DNA of 32,890 nt from Treponema sp. GTDB lineage: Bacteria > Spirochaetota > Spirochaetia > Treponematales > Breznakiellaceae. The translations under genes and the position numbers were made by a program. The notes under the pieces were generated by a model, which saw nothing but the letters and a program-made list of their open reading frames with translations, did not search any database and was not told the origin of the DNA. The stretch covers positions 1 to 32,890 of the forward strand of contig JAIRYV010000022.1 of assembly GCA_031267685.1 (NCBI GenBank), written 5' to 3'. Below, piece by piece: positions 5,929 through 14,431 of this stretch. Positions within the stretch are counted from its first letter, which is position 1, and the number at the start of each line of letters is the position of its first letter.

Positions 5929-8888
5929 TAAAGCCTTTCGGTCAGGTCATTCGCGTTAAGCATGACCGGCTGACCACCAGCACTTTGTATCAGGATAATA
6001 TCGCCCTGAAAACTGGCCGTCGCATAAGGGTGTATCTGGGTCGCGGATTTCGCGGCAAGCGGGATAACGCCATCGGCAATCGCAGCAGTATCAAAGCGGG
6101 CAAGATAAAGCGCACTGCCTGAACTGACAATGGTGTATATGCTAGCCTCCCGAACCCAGAGCGGCGCGTCAGCATACAGAGAATCAACACCATTGTCGCT
6201 GACCTGTGCGCCAACACCCATGTTTTCCTGATCAATTTGAATAAGCTGGACAAGATTGCCCGGCAATGTCAGTGTCGCAAAAACCTCCTGCTCTTCTCCC
6301 TCACCAATGGCTATTAAGGAACGCGCATTGATGGTGGTGAGGTTTGAAATATTGGTCCTTGCGCCTGTCGCAAGGTTAAGCTCTATGAGAACACCTAAGG
6401 GCGAATCAGACTGCGTCAACTCAATCATAATAACTTTTGTTCCACCCTCATCTTCACTAGCAGTAAAGCCACCCGCCACTGCCTGTCGCGCTGCCTCTTC
6501 CTCAGCCACCTGTTGCGCTGCCTCCGCTTCGGCTGCAAGCCGCGTAGCTTCTTCCGCCGCCTGCCGTGCTATCTCAGCCTGTCGTACAGCCTCTTCCGCC
6601 GCTTGTCGTGCAAGCTCCGTCTGTTGCGCTGCCGCGTCTGCGCTTTGACCCGGGACATTCGCCGCTGCCGCTTGCGCTGTATCAGCCTGCCGTGCCGCTT
6701 CTTCCGCCGCGTCTTGTGCTATCTGCGCCTGCTGCGCCACCGCTTCATCCTGTGGCACGATGTTTTCCGCTGCCTGCTGCGCTATCTCGGCCTGTCGCGC
6801 CGCTTCTTCCGCCGCTTGCCGTGCTATCTCAGCTTGTCGCGCTGCCTCTCCCGCTGCCTGCTGCGCTATCTCGGCCTGTCGTGCCGCTTCTTCCGCCGCC
6901 TGCTGCGCTATCTCCACCTGACGCGCTGCCTCTTCCTCAGCCGCCTGTTGCGCTGCTTCCGCTTCGGCTGCAAGCCGCGTAGCTTCTTCCGCCGCTTGCC
7001 GTGCTATCTCAGCCTGACGTGCCGCCTCTTCAGCCGCTTGCCGCGCTATCTCAGCCTGCTGCGCCACTGCTTCATTCTCAGGTGCCGCTTCATCTGCCGC
7101 CTGCCGTGCTATCTCCGCCTGTCGCGCCGCCTCTTCCGCTGCTTGCCGCGCTATCTCAGCCTGCTGCGCCACTGCTTCATTCTCAGGTGCCGCTTCTTCT
7201 GCCGCCTGCCGTGCTATCTCGGCCTGACGCGCCGCCTCTTCAGCCGCTTGTTGCGCTATCTCAGCCTGTTGCGTTGCCTCTTCATCCGCCGCCTGCTGAG
7301 CCACTGCCTCAGCCTGTTGCGTTGCTGCTGCCTCAGTCGCCTGCTGAGCTGCTGCCTCAGCCTGTTGTGTTGCCGCTTCATCCGCCGCCTGCTGAGCCGC
7401 TGCCTCAGCCTGCTGCGCTGCCGCTTCATCCGCCGCCTGCTGCGCTGCCGCTGCCTCAGCCGCCTGCTGCGCTATCTCAGCTTGCCGTGCGGCTGCCGCT
7501 TCGGCAGCAAGCCGCGAGGCTTCCTCCGCCGCTTGCCGTGCTATCTCAGCCTGTCGCACAGCCTCTTCAGCCGCTTGCCGCACAAGCTCTGTCTGCTGCG
7601 CTGCCGCATCTGCCCCCTGACGCGGGATACTCGCCGCCGCCACTTGCGCTGCATCAGCTTGACGCGCCGCTTCGTCAGCCGCACTTTGCGCTATCTCAGC
7701 CTGTCGCGCCGCTGCTTCATTCTGCGGCATAACGTCTTCCACTGCCTGTTGCGCTCTCTCAGCCTGACGCGCCGCCTCTTCAGCCGCACCTTGCGCTATC
7801 CCAGCCTGTCGCGCCGCTTCGTCAGCCGCCTGACGCGCTATCTCGGCCTGCCGCGCCGCCTCTTCAGCCGCCTGACGCGCAGCTTCCACTTGACGCGCTG
7901 ACTCGGCCCGTCGCTCAGCTTCCGCAGCAATGCCGCCATTCTGATCAATAGCAATATCCTCACGATCGCTTTGAGCATCAAGCATCTTCCGCTCTGCCAT
8001 ACGCTCCGCCTCATCGGCCAGCCTACGCTGTTCTTCCAACGCCCTTTCCCGATCAGCAAGCTCATTCTCAATACGCCGCGCCTCTTCCGGCGACGCCTGT
8101 TGCACCCGCCGACGCTCCGCCGCAATCCTGGCTTCCTCCACCGCAATAGCTTCACGTAAATCCGCAGCCCGCGCCTCAGCCTCGTCCGCCTCACGCTCCT
8201 TTAACTCAACCATCTCTTTCCGTACGTCAAGCCCCTGATTCGGATCACGCCGCAACTCCTCAAGCACGCCCTCATCGCTCACCGCCGATGTGTCTATGGC
8301 ACTCAATGACCCAGGACTCGCGTTACCAAGCGGGATTACAATGAGCGTCCGCCCTGGCCATTCATCAAAACGTACAGAAAGACCAACACGATCAGCGCTC
8401 AAGTCTCCCAGAACCGCTTGTTTATAACGAGAACTGAAAAAGTCCCAGTTACCCCGATAAAATGCGTTATAAATCGTAATATATTGGGCAAGTAACCGCG
8501 CATCTGCCGCCGAGTAGTTATAGGCCCCTTCAAGATAGCCCTGTATGATGAGCCTCAGATTCCGTATGTGGTCTACTCCCACGCCAGACCCTAAGCCAAA
8601 AATGTCTGCATCTATCCGCTCTCCTTCTGGAGCTGTAACCGAATGAATCACAAAGTACCGATTCATAGCGCCTGAACGAGTCGCCCCACGCCGAACCGCA
8701 AGACCCTGTTCATAACCAATGTTCCGAATCTGCGCAACCGTATCAATCCGCGTAACCGGCCCCGTATAATTATAGAACTCAATCGACCCTTGCCCCTGCT
8801 GTAACTCATTGGTATTCACCTGCGCACATAACAATGACGCAAGCAACCCCATCAGTGCAGCGCAAACATAGCTAATCCGTTTATTCAT
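5928..8888 (-). CDS. Large secreted or surface protein (986 aa). It has an N-terminal signal peptide (possibly a lipoprotein), a globular N-domain of about 300 aa, a central Ala/Gln/Glu/Arg-rich coiled-coil-like tandem-repeat region of about 450 aa, and a C-terminal domain of about 170 aa.
   Basis: MNKRISYVCAALMGLLASLLCAQ signal sequence. AAAGAGG RBS upstream. Central repeats of the AARQAEIA(R/Q)QAAEEA type are encoded by near-identical DNA repeats. Confidence 0.85.
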   Translation of the reverse strand: MNKRISYVCAALMGLLASLLCAQVNTNELQQGQGSIEFYNYTGPVTRIDTVAQIRNIGYEQGLAVRRGATRSGAMNRYFVIHSVTAPEGERIDADIFGLGSGVGVDHIRNLRLIIQGYLEGAYNYSAADARLLAQYITIYNAFYRGNWDFFSSRYKQAVLGDLSADRVGLSVRFDEWPGRTLIVIPLGNASPGSLSAIDTSAVSDEGVLEELRRDPNQGLDVRKEMVELKEREADEAEARAADLREAIAVEEARIAAERRRVQQASPEEARRIENELADRERALEEQRRLADEAERMAERKMLDAQSDREDIAIDQNGGIAAEAERRAESARQVEAARQAAEEAARQAEIARQAADEAARQAGIAQGAAEEAARQAERAQQAVEDVMPQNEAAARQAEIAQSAADEAARQADAAQVAAASIPRQGADAAAQQTELVRQAAEEAVRQAEIARQAAEEASRLAAEAAAARQAEIAQQAAEAAAAQQAADEAAAQQAEAAAQQAADEAATQQAEAAAQQATEAAATQQAEAVAQQAADEEATQQAEIAQQAAEEAARQAEIARQAAEEAAPENEAVAQQAEIARQAAEEAARQAEIARQAADEAAPENEAVAQQAEIARQAAEEAARQAEIARQAAEEATRLAAEAEAAQQAAEEEAARQVEIAQQAAEEAARQAEIAQQAAGEAARQAEIARQAAEEAARQAEIAQQAAENIVPQDEAVAQQAQIAQDAAEEAARQADTAQAAAANVPGQSADAAAQQTELARQAAEEAVRQAEIARQAAEEATRLAAEAEAAQQVAEEEAARQAVAGGFTASEDEGGTKVIMIELTQSDSPLGVLIELNLATGARTNISNLTTINARSLIAIGEGEEQEVFATLTLPGNLVQLIQIDQENMGVGAQVSDNGVDSLYADAPLWVREASIYTIVSSGSALYLARFDTAAIADGVIPLAAKSATQIHPYATASFQGDIILIQSAGGQPVMLNANDLTERL
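6480..7910. repeat. Intragenic near-perfect tandem DNA repeats with periods of about 48 and 108 bp, encoding the coiled-coil repeat region of the 986-aa protein
   Basis: For example, 7024-7115 and 7133-7224 are near-identical, as are 6486-6560 and 6925-7000. The ORF track's plus-strand Arg/Cys/Leu-rich and Pro-rich ORFs here are frame artefacts of the repeats. Confidence 0.85.
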
Positions 8889-8927
8889 AAGACCTGACCT
8901 CTTTCCCCTATTTATAAAAACATATCA

Positions 8928-10082
8928 TTACATAATCGGTAGAAATGACAATGTATTGACAGAGGATTTTGCTACAGACCGCGCACGACTGTCAGTCTCC
9001 CTGATTGCGTCAAACTCAAGCTTACCGTCCCAGTTCTGCTCCAGTGCTAGTGCCACAACACGGGCAATGTCAGGAAAGCGTATCTGCCCCGCGAGAAACG
9101 CCGCGACCGCAACCTCATTGGCCGCGTTATACACGACCGGATATAAATCTCCGGCACTCAACGCCTGATATGCAAGGGGGACCATGGGGAACTTTTCCCC
9201 ATCCGGCTGCTCAAAACTGAGCGTAAGCTGCTTAAAGTCAAGTGCTTCAAAGCCTAAAGGTGCATGTACAGGGTAATAAAGCGCATTCTGAATAGGAAGG
9301 CGCATATCAGGCCGTGAAAGCTGCGCATAAATCGCCCCATCTTTCAGGCTAATCATCGAATGAACAATACTCTGAGGATGAACCAGAACCTGTATCACAT
9401 CAGTTGCGGCGCTTATCGGTATATCAAACAGTCGTACAGCCTCAATGACCTCAAGGCCCTTGTTTGCCATACTTGCCGAGTCAATCGTGATCTTAGCGCC
9501 CATGTTCCATGTGGGATGCTTGAGCGCGTCCTGTGCCTGCACTCTGCCCAACTGTTCCTGCGTGTATGCGCGAAACGGCCCGCCCGACGCGGTTAAGAGG
9601 ATTGTTGCCAGATTCTCCCTGCCATGAGCCTCAAGCAACTGAAAGATAGCGGAATGTTCGGAATCAACTGGCAGTATCCGCGCCTTCTTTGCTTGAGCCA
9701 GAGCGCGTATCAGAGGCCCGGCCATGACAATGGTTTCTTTATTAGCCAGTGCCAAGTCTATACCTGCCTCTAATGCCGCGACAGACGGCGCAAGTCCAGC
9801 CGCGCCCGCAATCCCGTTAACCACAATATCCGCGCCGCAGCCACTGATTGCCCGCAACAAACCTTCACTGCCAACATAGCCAGCACGGAATCCGCCTTGT
9901 TCCACGCCTGAGAGCGCCAGCACTGCATCAGGAAACTCCGCACCGAGCGCCTCTAAGCCAGCCCTATCAGTATGGCTTGAAAAAAGGACAACCTCAAACA
10001 TATCTTTCCCTCGACGCAGCACATCAAGCGTGCTTTTTCCAATAGAACCAGTAGCGCCGAGCAGAGCAACTTTCTTTCTCAT
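8928..10082 (-). CDS. dxr: 1-deoxy-D-xylulose 5-phosphate reductoisomerase
   Basis: 384 aa. N-terminal NADPH-binding motif KKVALLGATGSIGKSTLDV and Dxr-like sequence throughout. Confidence 0.95.
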   Translation of the reverse strand: MRKKVALLGATGSIGKSTLDVLRRGKDMFEVVLFSSHTDRAGLEALGAEFPDAVLALSGVEQGGFRAGYVGSEGLLRAISGCGADIVVNGIAGAAGLAPSVAALEAGIDLALANKETIVMAGPLIRALAQAKKARILPVDSEHSAIFQLLEAHGRENLATILLTASGGPFRAYTQEQLGRVQAQDALKHPTWNMGAKITIDSASMANKGLEVIEAVRLFDIPISAATDVIQVLVHPQSIVHSMISLKDGAIYAQLSRPDMRLPIQNALYYPVHAPLGFEALDFKQLTLSFEQPDGEKFPMVPLAYQALSAGDLYPVVYNAANEVAVAAFLAGQIRFPDIARVVALALEQNWDGKLEFDAIRETDSRARSVAKSSVNTLSFLPIM

Positions 10083-10295
10083 ATTGATAGCTCAGTATAC
10101 CGTTATTTACAAATAAAATCAAGATATCATGGCCGATTCTCTGCAGAGCTATGAACTATATGAACCAGGCGAATTTTTATCTTTGATCATAAGGAGAAAC
10201 GAAGACTATCCTATTCTGTTCGTGTGGTTCGGGTAGTTCATGGTACAATTCTTTTCTATGCGTTTATCATGATCGATTCCGCTCCTAAGCAAGAG

Positions 10296-10555
10296 CCTTT
10301 TCCGAGCTTAGGAACGTATCCTTTCCTAAGCTCGGAGTGTACCCTTTCCTAGCTTAGGAGTGTACCCTTTCCTAGTATTAGGAAAGCACCCTTTCCTAAT
10401 ACTAGGAGTGTACCCTTTCCTAGTACTAGGAAAGCACCCTTTCCTAATACTAGGAAAGCACCCTTTCCTAATACTAGGAAAGCACCCTCTCCGAGCTTAG
10501 GAAAGCACCCTAAACTCGGCTAAGAGCGTATCTTCTCCGAGCGCTGGGAAAGTAT
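10296..10555. repeat. Tandem direct-repeat array 2: about 11 copies of a 23-24 bp unit (consensus cctttcctaatactaggaaagcac). Each unit is itself an imperfect palindrome (cctttcct-N6-aggaaag).
   Basis: Read directly. Central copies are perfect or nearly perfect and flanking copies are degenerate (ccgagcttagg variants). The array is intergenic, 210-470 bp upstream of the dxr start. Confidence 0.9.
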
Positions 10556-10591
10556 CGAGCAAGGAAGTGAGAGTGATGCTGGTTATGAAGG

Positions 10592-10641
10592 TTTAGCGAA
10601 GCACTGGGGATGTTGATCTTTATGCTTCGCTAAAGATCAAC
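10592..10641. other. Pair of mutually exclusive perfect hairpins: stem A tttagcgaagca (10592-10603) with tgcttcgctaaa (10623-10634), and stem B gttgatcttt (10612-10621) with aaagatcaac (10632-10641)
   Basis: Perfect 12-bp and 10-bp inverted repeats with overlapping arms. Located 45-90 bp 3' of the DUF368 gene stop. No U-tract follows on either strand. Confidence 0.4.
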
Positions 10642-10684
10642 GATTGAAGGATTCACATCAAGAGCGAAACGCTATGCTCACCTA

Positions 10685-11506
10685 TCAAGAAGCTCCCTTG
10701 TACTTGTCATCGAGTTTGCTCATCCAATAGGCAAGGATGATGCCGGCGATACAGGCGATAACGCAGATCAGCGTTGTCCAGCTCATATAGTTGAACTCAC
10801 GCGGGATAATCATCAAGGTTGAGGCAACTACTATGCCGAGAATGAAGTGAAACATGCCCGCATACGCACGGGCAAGCAGCGCGTCAATCACTTTGGAAAG
10901 ACCAAAAAGGCATATCGCACCACCAAGCGCCAGAGGAAGCAGCGCTAGTACGTCTAGGGTCTTGAAGGCGTCTACCATGGGCTGATACATACCGAGGTAC
11001 ACAAGAAAATTCGATGGACTTAAGCCCGGCACAAGTACTCCAAGGGCAATGAGCGCGCCTGCCAACATCCATGTACCAAAGTTAAGCGGTATCTGCCCCT
11101 TGAAAAGAGATTCCCCGGTATACAGAAACACAAAGCCTACGACTGCTGACACTATGAGTATAAGTACGTGGCGCTTACTCCGGCCCTTTTTGCCAACTTC
11201 CCGCCATAGCGCGGGTAGAGTTCCTAAAATACAGCCGACAAAGAACCAGAGTACCTGTGTCTCGTAATTGGTGAGCAGGAAGCTCACGCCAAAGGAGAGT
11301 ATGAAGATGCCAGTCAGCGCGCCCAGTCCGACGGGCAGGAAGAACAGGACATTAGCCTTAAAGTCATGGGTGATATGGGCAATGAAGCTGATGATACGTT
11401 CATAGATGCCAAAAATTGCTGCTAACGCGCCGCCGCTCACGCCGGGCAGTATAAACCCAGTGCCAATAAACGCACCCTTCACAAAACGAAACATCCAGTC
11501 TTTCAT
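10685..11506 (-). CDS. DUF368-family polytopic membrane protein (a family implicated in undecaprenyl-phosphate recycling)
   Basis: N-terminus MKDWMFRFVKGAFIGTGFILPGVSGGALAAIFGIYERI is typical of DUF368. About 8 TM helices. The preferred ATG at 11506 overlaps the upstream GNAT stop as ATGA. The track start at 11521 is a TTG. Confidence 0.8.
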   Translation of the reverse strand: MKDWMFRFVKGAFIGTGFILPGVSGGALAAIFGIYERIISFIAHITHDFKANVLFFLPVGLGALTGIFILSFGVSFLLTNYETQVLWFFVGCILGTLPALWREVGKKGRSKRHVLILIVSAVVGFVFLYTGESLFKGQIPLNFGTWMLAGALIALGVLVPGLSPSNFLVYLGMYQPMVDAFKTLDVLALLPLALGGAICLFGLSKVIDALLARAYAGMFHFILGIVVASTLMIIPREFNYMSWTTLICVIACIAGIILAYWMSKLDDKYKGAS

Positions 11507-11985
11507 ACCAATAACTCCCAATAGCCCACGTTCAGCCAGTTTCCGAGCTTAAAGCCAATCTCGTCAAGCTGGCCTATCTTACGGAAGCCTAGCTTCTCAT
11601 GCAAGCCCACGCTCCCTTCATTAGGAACGGTGATTCCCGCAACCATCGCGTGTAAGGAACGCCTCTGCGCCTCGTGTATCAGGCTTGAGAGAAGCGCTGT
11701 GCCGATACCTTTTCGCTCATGCCCCCTTTTGATATAGACGGAATCTTCTACCGCAAAACGATAGGCGCGCCGTTCCTTCCATTTATTCAAATAGGCATAG
11801 CCAAGAACCTCGTTGTTTTCCTCCCAGACGATGTATGGATACTCAGCGCTTATTGTGCGGATACGCGCCTCCATGGTGTTAAGCGAAACCGGCGCTTCCT
11901 CAAAGCTGATGGCGGTTTGCTCAATGTAGGGATTGTAGATAGCAGCTATGGCAGCTGCATCAGCAACGTTTACTGGACGAATCAT
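11503..11985 (-). CDS. GNAT-family N-acetyltransferase (phosphinothricin-acetyltransferase-like)
   Basis: 160 aa. MIRPVNVADAAAIAAIYNPYIEQTAISFEE with an acetyl-CoA motif RKGIGTALL. Its start lies 2 nt after the flotillin stop. Confidence 0.85.
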   Translation of the reverse strand: MIRPVNVADAAAIAAIYNPYIEQTAISFEEAPVSLNTMEARIRTISAEYPYIVWEENNEVLGYAYLNKWKERRAYRFAVEDSVYIKRGHERKGIGTALLSSLIHEAQRRSLHAMVAGITVPNEGSVGLHEKLGFRKIGQLDEIGFKLGNWLNVGYWELLV

Positions 11986-11987
11986 GC

Positions 11988-13661
11988 CTACGCCTCATGC
12001 CCAGTGTCAGACACCACGCTTTGCGCCGCGTGTCCGGTGTCAGACACCACGCTTTGCGACAGGGCGTCCATAGTACCCAAGAACCCAGGCAGCTCAAGAC
12101 CCGCCTGTGCCGCAATGTCGTGGAGGGGCGGCAGTGTTTTAACCAAATTACGCATGAAGTTCGCGGTAGTACTGGAATCAGCGCTGGGGTTATCCCACAC
12201 AGTGAGCTTATCGATCTTGATATTTTTAAGTGCTTCGGTTTGCAGTTTAACCAGGTCTTCCAACTTTTCAACGAGGAGCAGTGTTGCTGCGCTCTTAGCG
12301 TCACTGTTTGCCGCCTTAACCAGTGTCTCATACCCTGCGGCCTTTGCGTCTAGCACTTTTTTGAGGCCTTGTGCCTCAGCTGCTTTGACGAGCAGTATTG
12401 CGTCAGCCTCACCTTGTGCAAGTAGGCGCTGCTGTTCAGCCCGTGCTGCTGCGTCTATTTCGAGCTTACGCTTCTCGATTTCACGAGGTACAACCTGCTC
12501 AACCTCCAGGCGCCGCTGTTCAGCAAGGGCCTTTGCCTGCTGAATTTCTGCGAATGCGGACTGCTGCGCTATTTCTCCGCGCTGTTTTGCCTCAGCTTCA
12601 CGCTCGGCAAGTGTGGCGTTTGATATGGCAATCTCAGCCTTTGCGGTGTTTTCACCCTCAACTGCCTGTGCATTATACTCAGCGGTCTGTATCCGCTGTT
12701 CCCTGCCAAATTCAGCTACTTTCACCTGCTTTTCCTTGTCAAGTTCAGCAATGCGTACCTGCTGTTCAATACTAAACGACGTGGTCTTTACTTGCTGTTC
12801 CTTGCTGTATTCAGCTACCTTCACCTGCTGTTCGCTCTGATACTGAGCTTTCTTGACCTCCCGTTCAGTGGCGAACTGGGCAAGCTGCACTTGTTGTTCC
12901 TTATCAAGTTCAGCGGTTTGTACCTGTTGTTCTTTGTTAAACTGGGCGATCTGAACCTGCTGTTCTTTGGTGAACTGTGCCACCCGTATTTGCTGTTCCT
13001 TACGTGCCTCTGCCTCGCCAATAGCGCCCTTCTTGTCCTGCTCCGCCACATCAACCTTTGCCTGGTTAATAGCTGTGAGCGCGGCTTTTTTACCAATGCT
13101 CTCGATATAGCCTGACTCGTCGGTGATGTCGGTAACGTTCACGTTGATGAGGCAGAGGCCGATTTTATCAAGCTCAAGGTCGATGTTCTTACGGATTGCG
13201 TCGAGGAAACGTTCTCGATCTTGATTGATCTGCTCAATCGTGAGAGAGGCTACCGTGAGTCTGAGTTGTCCGAGTATGATTTCCGTTGCCATTGACTCGA
13301 TTGTGTCGCGGTTCAGTCCCAGCAGGCGCACTGCTGCTGAGTTCATACTTTCTTCCTCAGTGGCAATGGCCACGGTAAAAGTGCTTGGCACGTTGACGCG
13401 GATGTTTTGCTGAGATAAGGCGCCCTTGAGGGGGATGTTAATCGTCATGGGCGTAAGGTCAAGATAGTTGTAATCTTGAATGAGCGGCCAGATGAATGCC
13501 CCGCCTCCGTGCATACAGCGCGACGACTTCCCGCCCCCGACTTTCCCGTACACCACAAGAATCTGGTTTGACGAACACCGTTTATACCTGCTTGCCAGAA
13601 ACAGGATAAGTACGAACAAGAATACCGCGAGAAATGAGGTTCCAATGAGAACAAAGTTCAT
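11988..13661 (-). CDS. Flotillin / SPFH (band-7) family protein, YqiK-like
   Basis: 557 aa. N-terminal TM helix followed by an SPFH domain (ILVVYGKVGG...GGGAFIWPLIQDYNYLDLTPMTINIPLKGALSQQNIRVNV). Long EQQVQ/EA-rich coiled coil. The last 20 aa are a tandem duplication (AAQSVVSDTGH x2). Confidence 0.9.
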   Translation of the reverse strand: MNFVLIGTSFLAVFLFVLILFLASRYKRCSSNQILVVYGKVGGGKSSRCMHGGGAFIWPLIQDYNYLDLTPMTINIPLKGALSQQNIRVNVPSTFTVAIATEEESMNSAAVRLLGLNRDTIESMATEIILGQLRLTVASLTIEQINQDRERFLDAIRKNIDLELDKIGLCLINVNVTDITDESGYIESIGKKAALTAINQAKVDVAEQDKKGAIGEAEARKEQQIRVAQFTKEQQVQIAQFNKEQQVQTAELDKEQQVQLAQFATEREVKKAQYQSEQQVKVAEYSKEQQVKTTSFSIEQQVRIAELDKEKQVKVAEFGREQRIQTAEYNAQAVEGENTAKAEIAISNATLAEREAEAKQRGEIAQQSAFAEIQQAKALAEQRRLEVEQVVPREIEKRKLEIDAAARAEQQRLLAQGEADAILLVKAAEAQGLKKVLDAKAAGYETLVKAANSDAKSAATLLLVEKLEDLVKLQTEALKNIKIDKLTVWDNPSADSSTTANFMRNLVKTLPPLHDIAAQAGLELPGFLGTMDALSQSVVSDTGHAAQSVVSDTGHEA

Positions 13662-13712
13662 ATAAGCTCCTTAGAATATCTGTTAGTGAGTAGTTGCTCA
13701 TGACTACTTAGT

Positions 13713-14252
13713 TTAGCTTTCAAAGCGTACAACGGCTACTGTGTGAGAATCAATCACCCGTGTAATGAGGGTTTTTTCAAACGAGGGTATGAGTTCTGCG
13801 GTGTCAGACACTGCGTCGGTCTGATGCTTGACACCGTTGAGGACAAAGGAGATTCGTCCTTTTCCCTGAGTTGGGATACGGAGATACACCTCAGCCTCAC
13901 AGCCGACCGCGTCTTTCAAGGAGAACCGTGCGCCGCTGCTCCGTAGTTGCATTGCTCCATAAAAGACGAGCGCGGTACTCAGCATGGCGACAAGCCCTGC
14001 ACCTGCGCCTGCGAGTAGGCTCAACGGCAGGTTAAGGCCGAACTGTGCCTGTGCAGCGAGTCCGCCCCAGCCGAACATGGCAGTAAAGCCGGTGAGTGAA
14101 TTGAGCGACAGCAGCCTGAACGCCCCGTTTCCTGCCTCAGCTATGTCTGTATCGCCGCTGTCATCATCGCCGCCTGCGCCTGCAATGAAGAGAATCACGC
14201 GCAAAAGGAAAAACACCGAGCCAAACACTGCTGCTCCCCAGAAACAAAGCAT
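13713..14252 (-). CDS. NfeD-like (YqiJ-type) membrane protein, the usual partner of flotillin
   Basis: 179 aa. Several TM helices are followed by a C-terminal beta-rich soluble domain (GKGRISFVLNGVKHQTD). It sits immediately upstream of the flotillin gene, in the conserved gene order. Confidence 0.75.
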   Translation of the reverse strand: MLCFWGAAVFGSVFFLLRVILFIAGAGGDDDSGDTDIAEAGNGAFRLLSLNSLTGFTAMFGWGGLAAQAQFGLNLPLSLLAGAGAGLVAMLSTALVFYGAMQLRSSGARFSLKDAVGCEAEVYLRIPTQGKGRISFVLNGVKHQTDAVSDTAELIPSFEKTLITRVIDSHTVAVVRFES

Positions 14253-14431
14253 AAAACGCCCCCTTATACCTACTTGACCTATTCTCTGTATTCATACAAT
14301 ATAGCCTTATGTTATGGTTATCGCAAGTGTTTTACTATTGAATGATATCATACGCTCATCCATGTCGTGCCAACTGGTCGTTCAAGGTTATACACAGCGA
14401 TTATCTTAAAAAAGCTGAGAAGAGTTATTAT

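Noticed and set aside
6513-7901. Plus-strand ORFs (462-aa Arg/Cys/Leu-rich, and Pro-rich 138 and 243 aa) antisense to the big repeat protein
   Set aside because: These are composition artefacts of the GC-rich periodic repeat, which lacks stops in several frames. The minus-strand gene has a signal peptide, an RBS and unique terminal domains.
11719-12543. 274-aa plus-strand ORF overlapping the GNAT and flotillin genes
   Set aside because: It is antisense to two confidently assigned genes and has a Ser/Ala-rich low-complexity translation.
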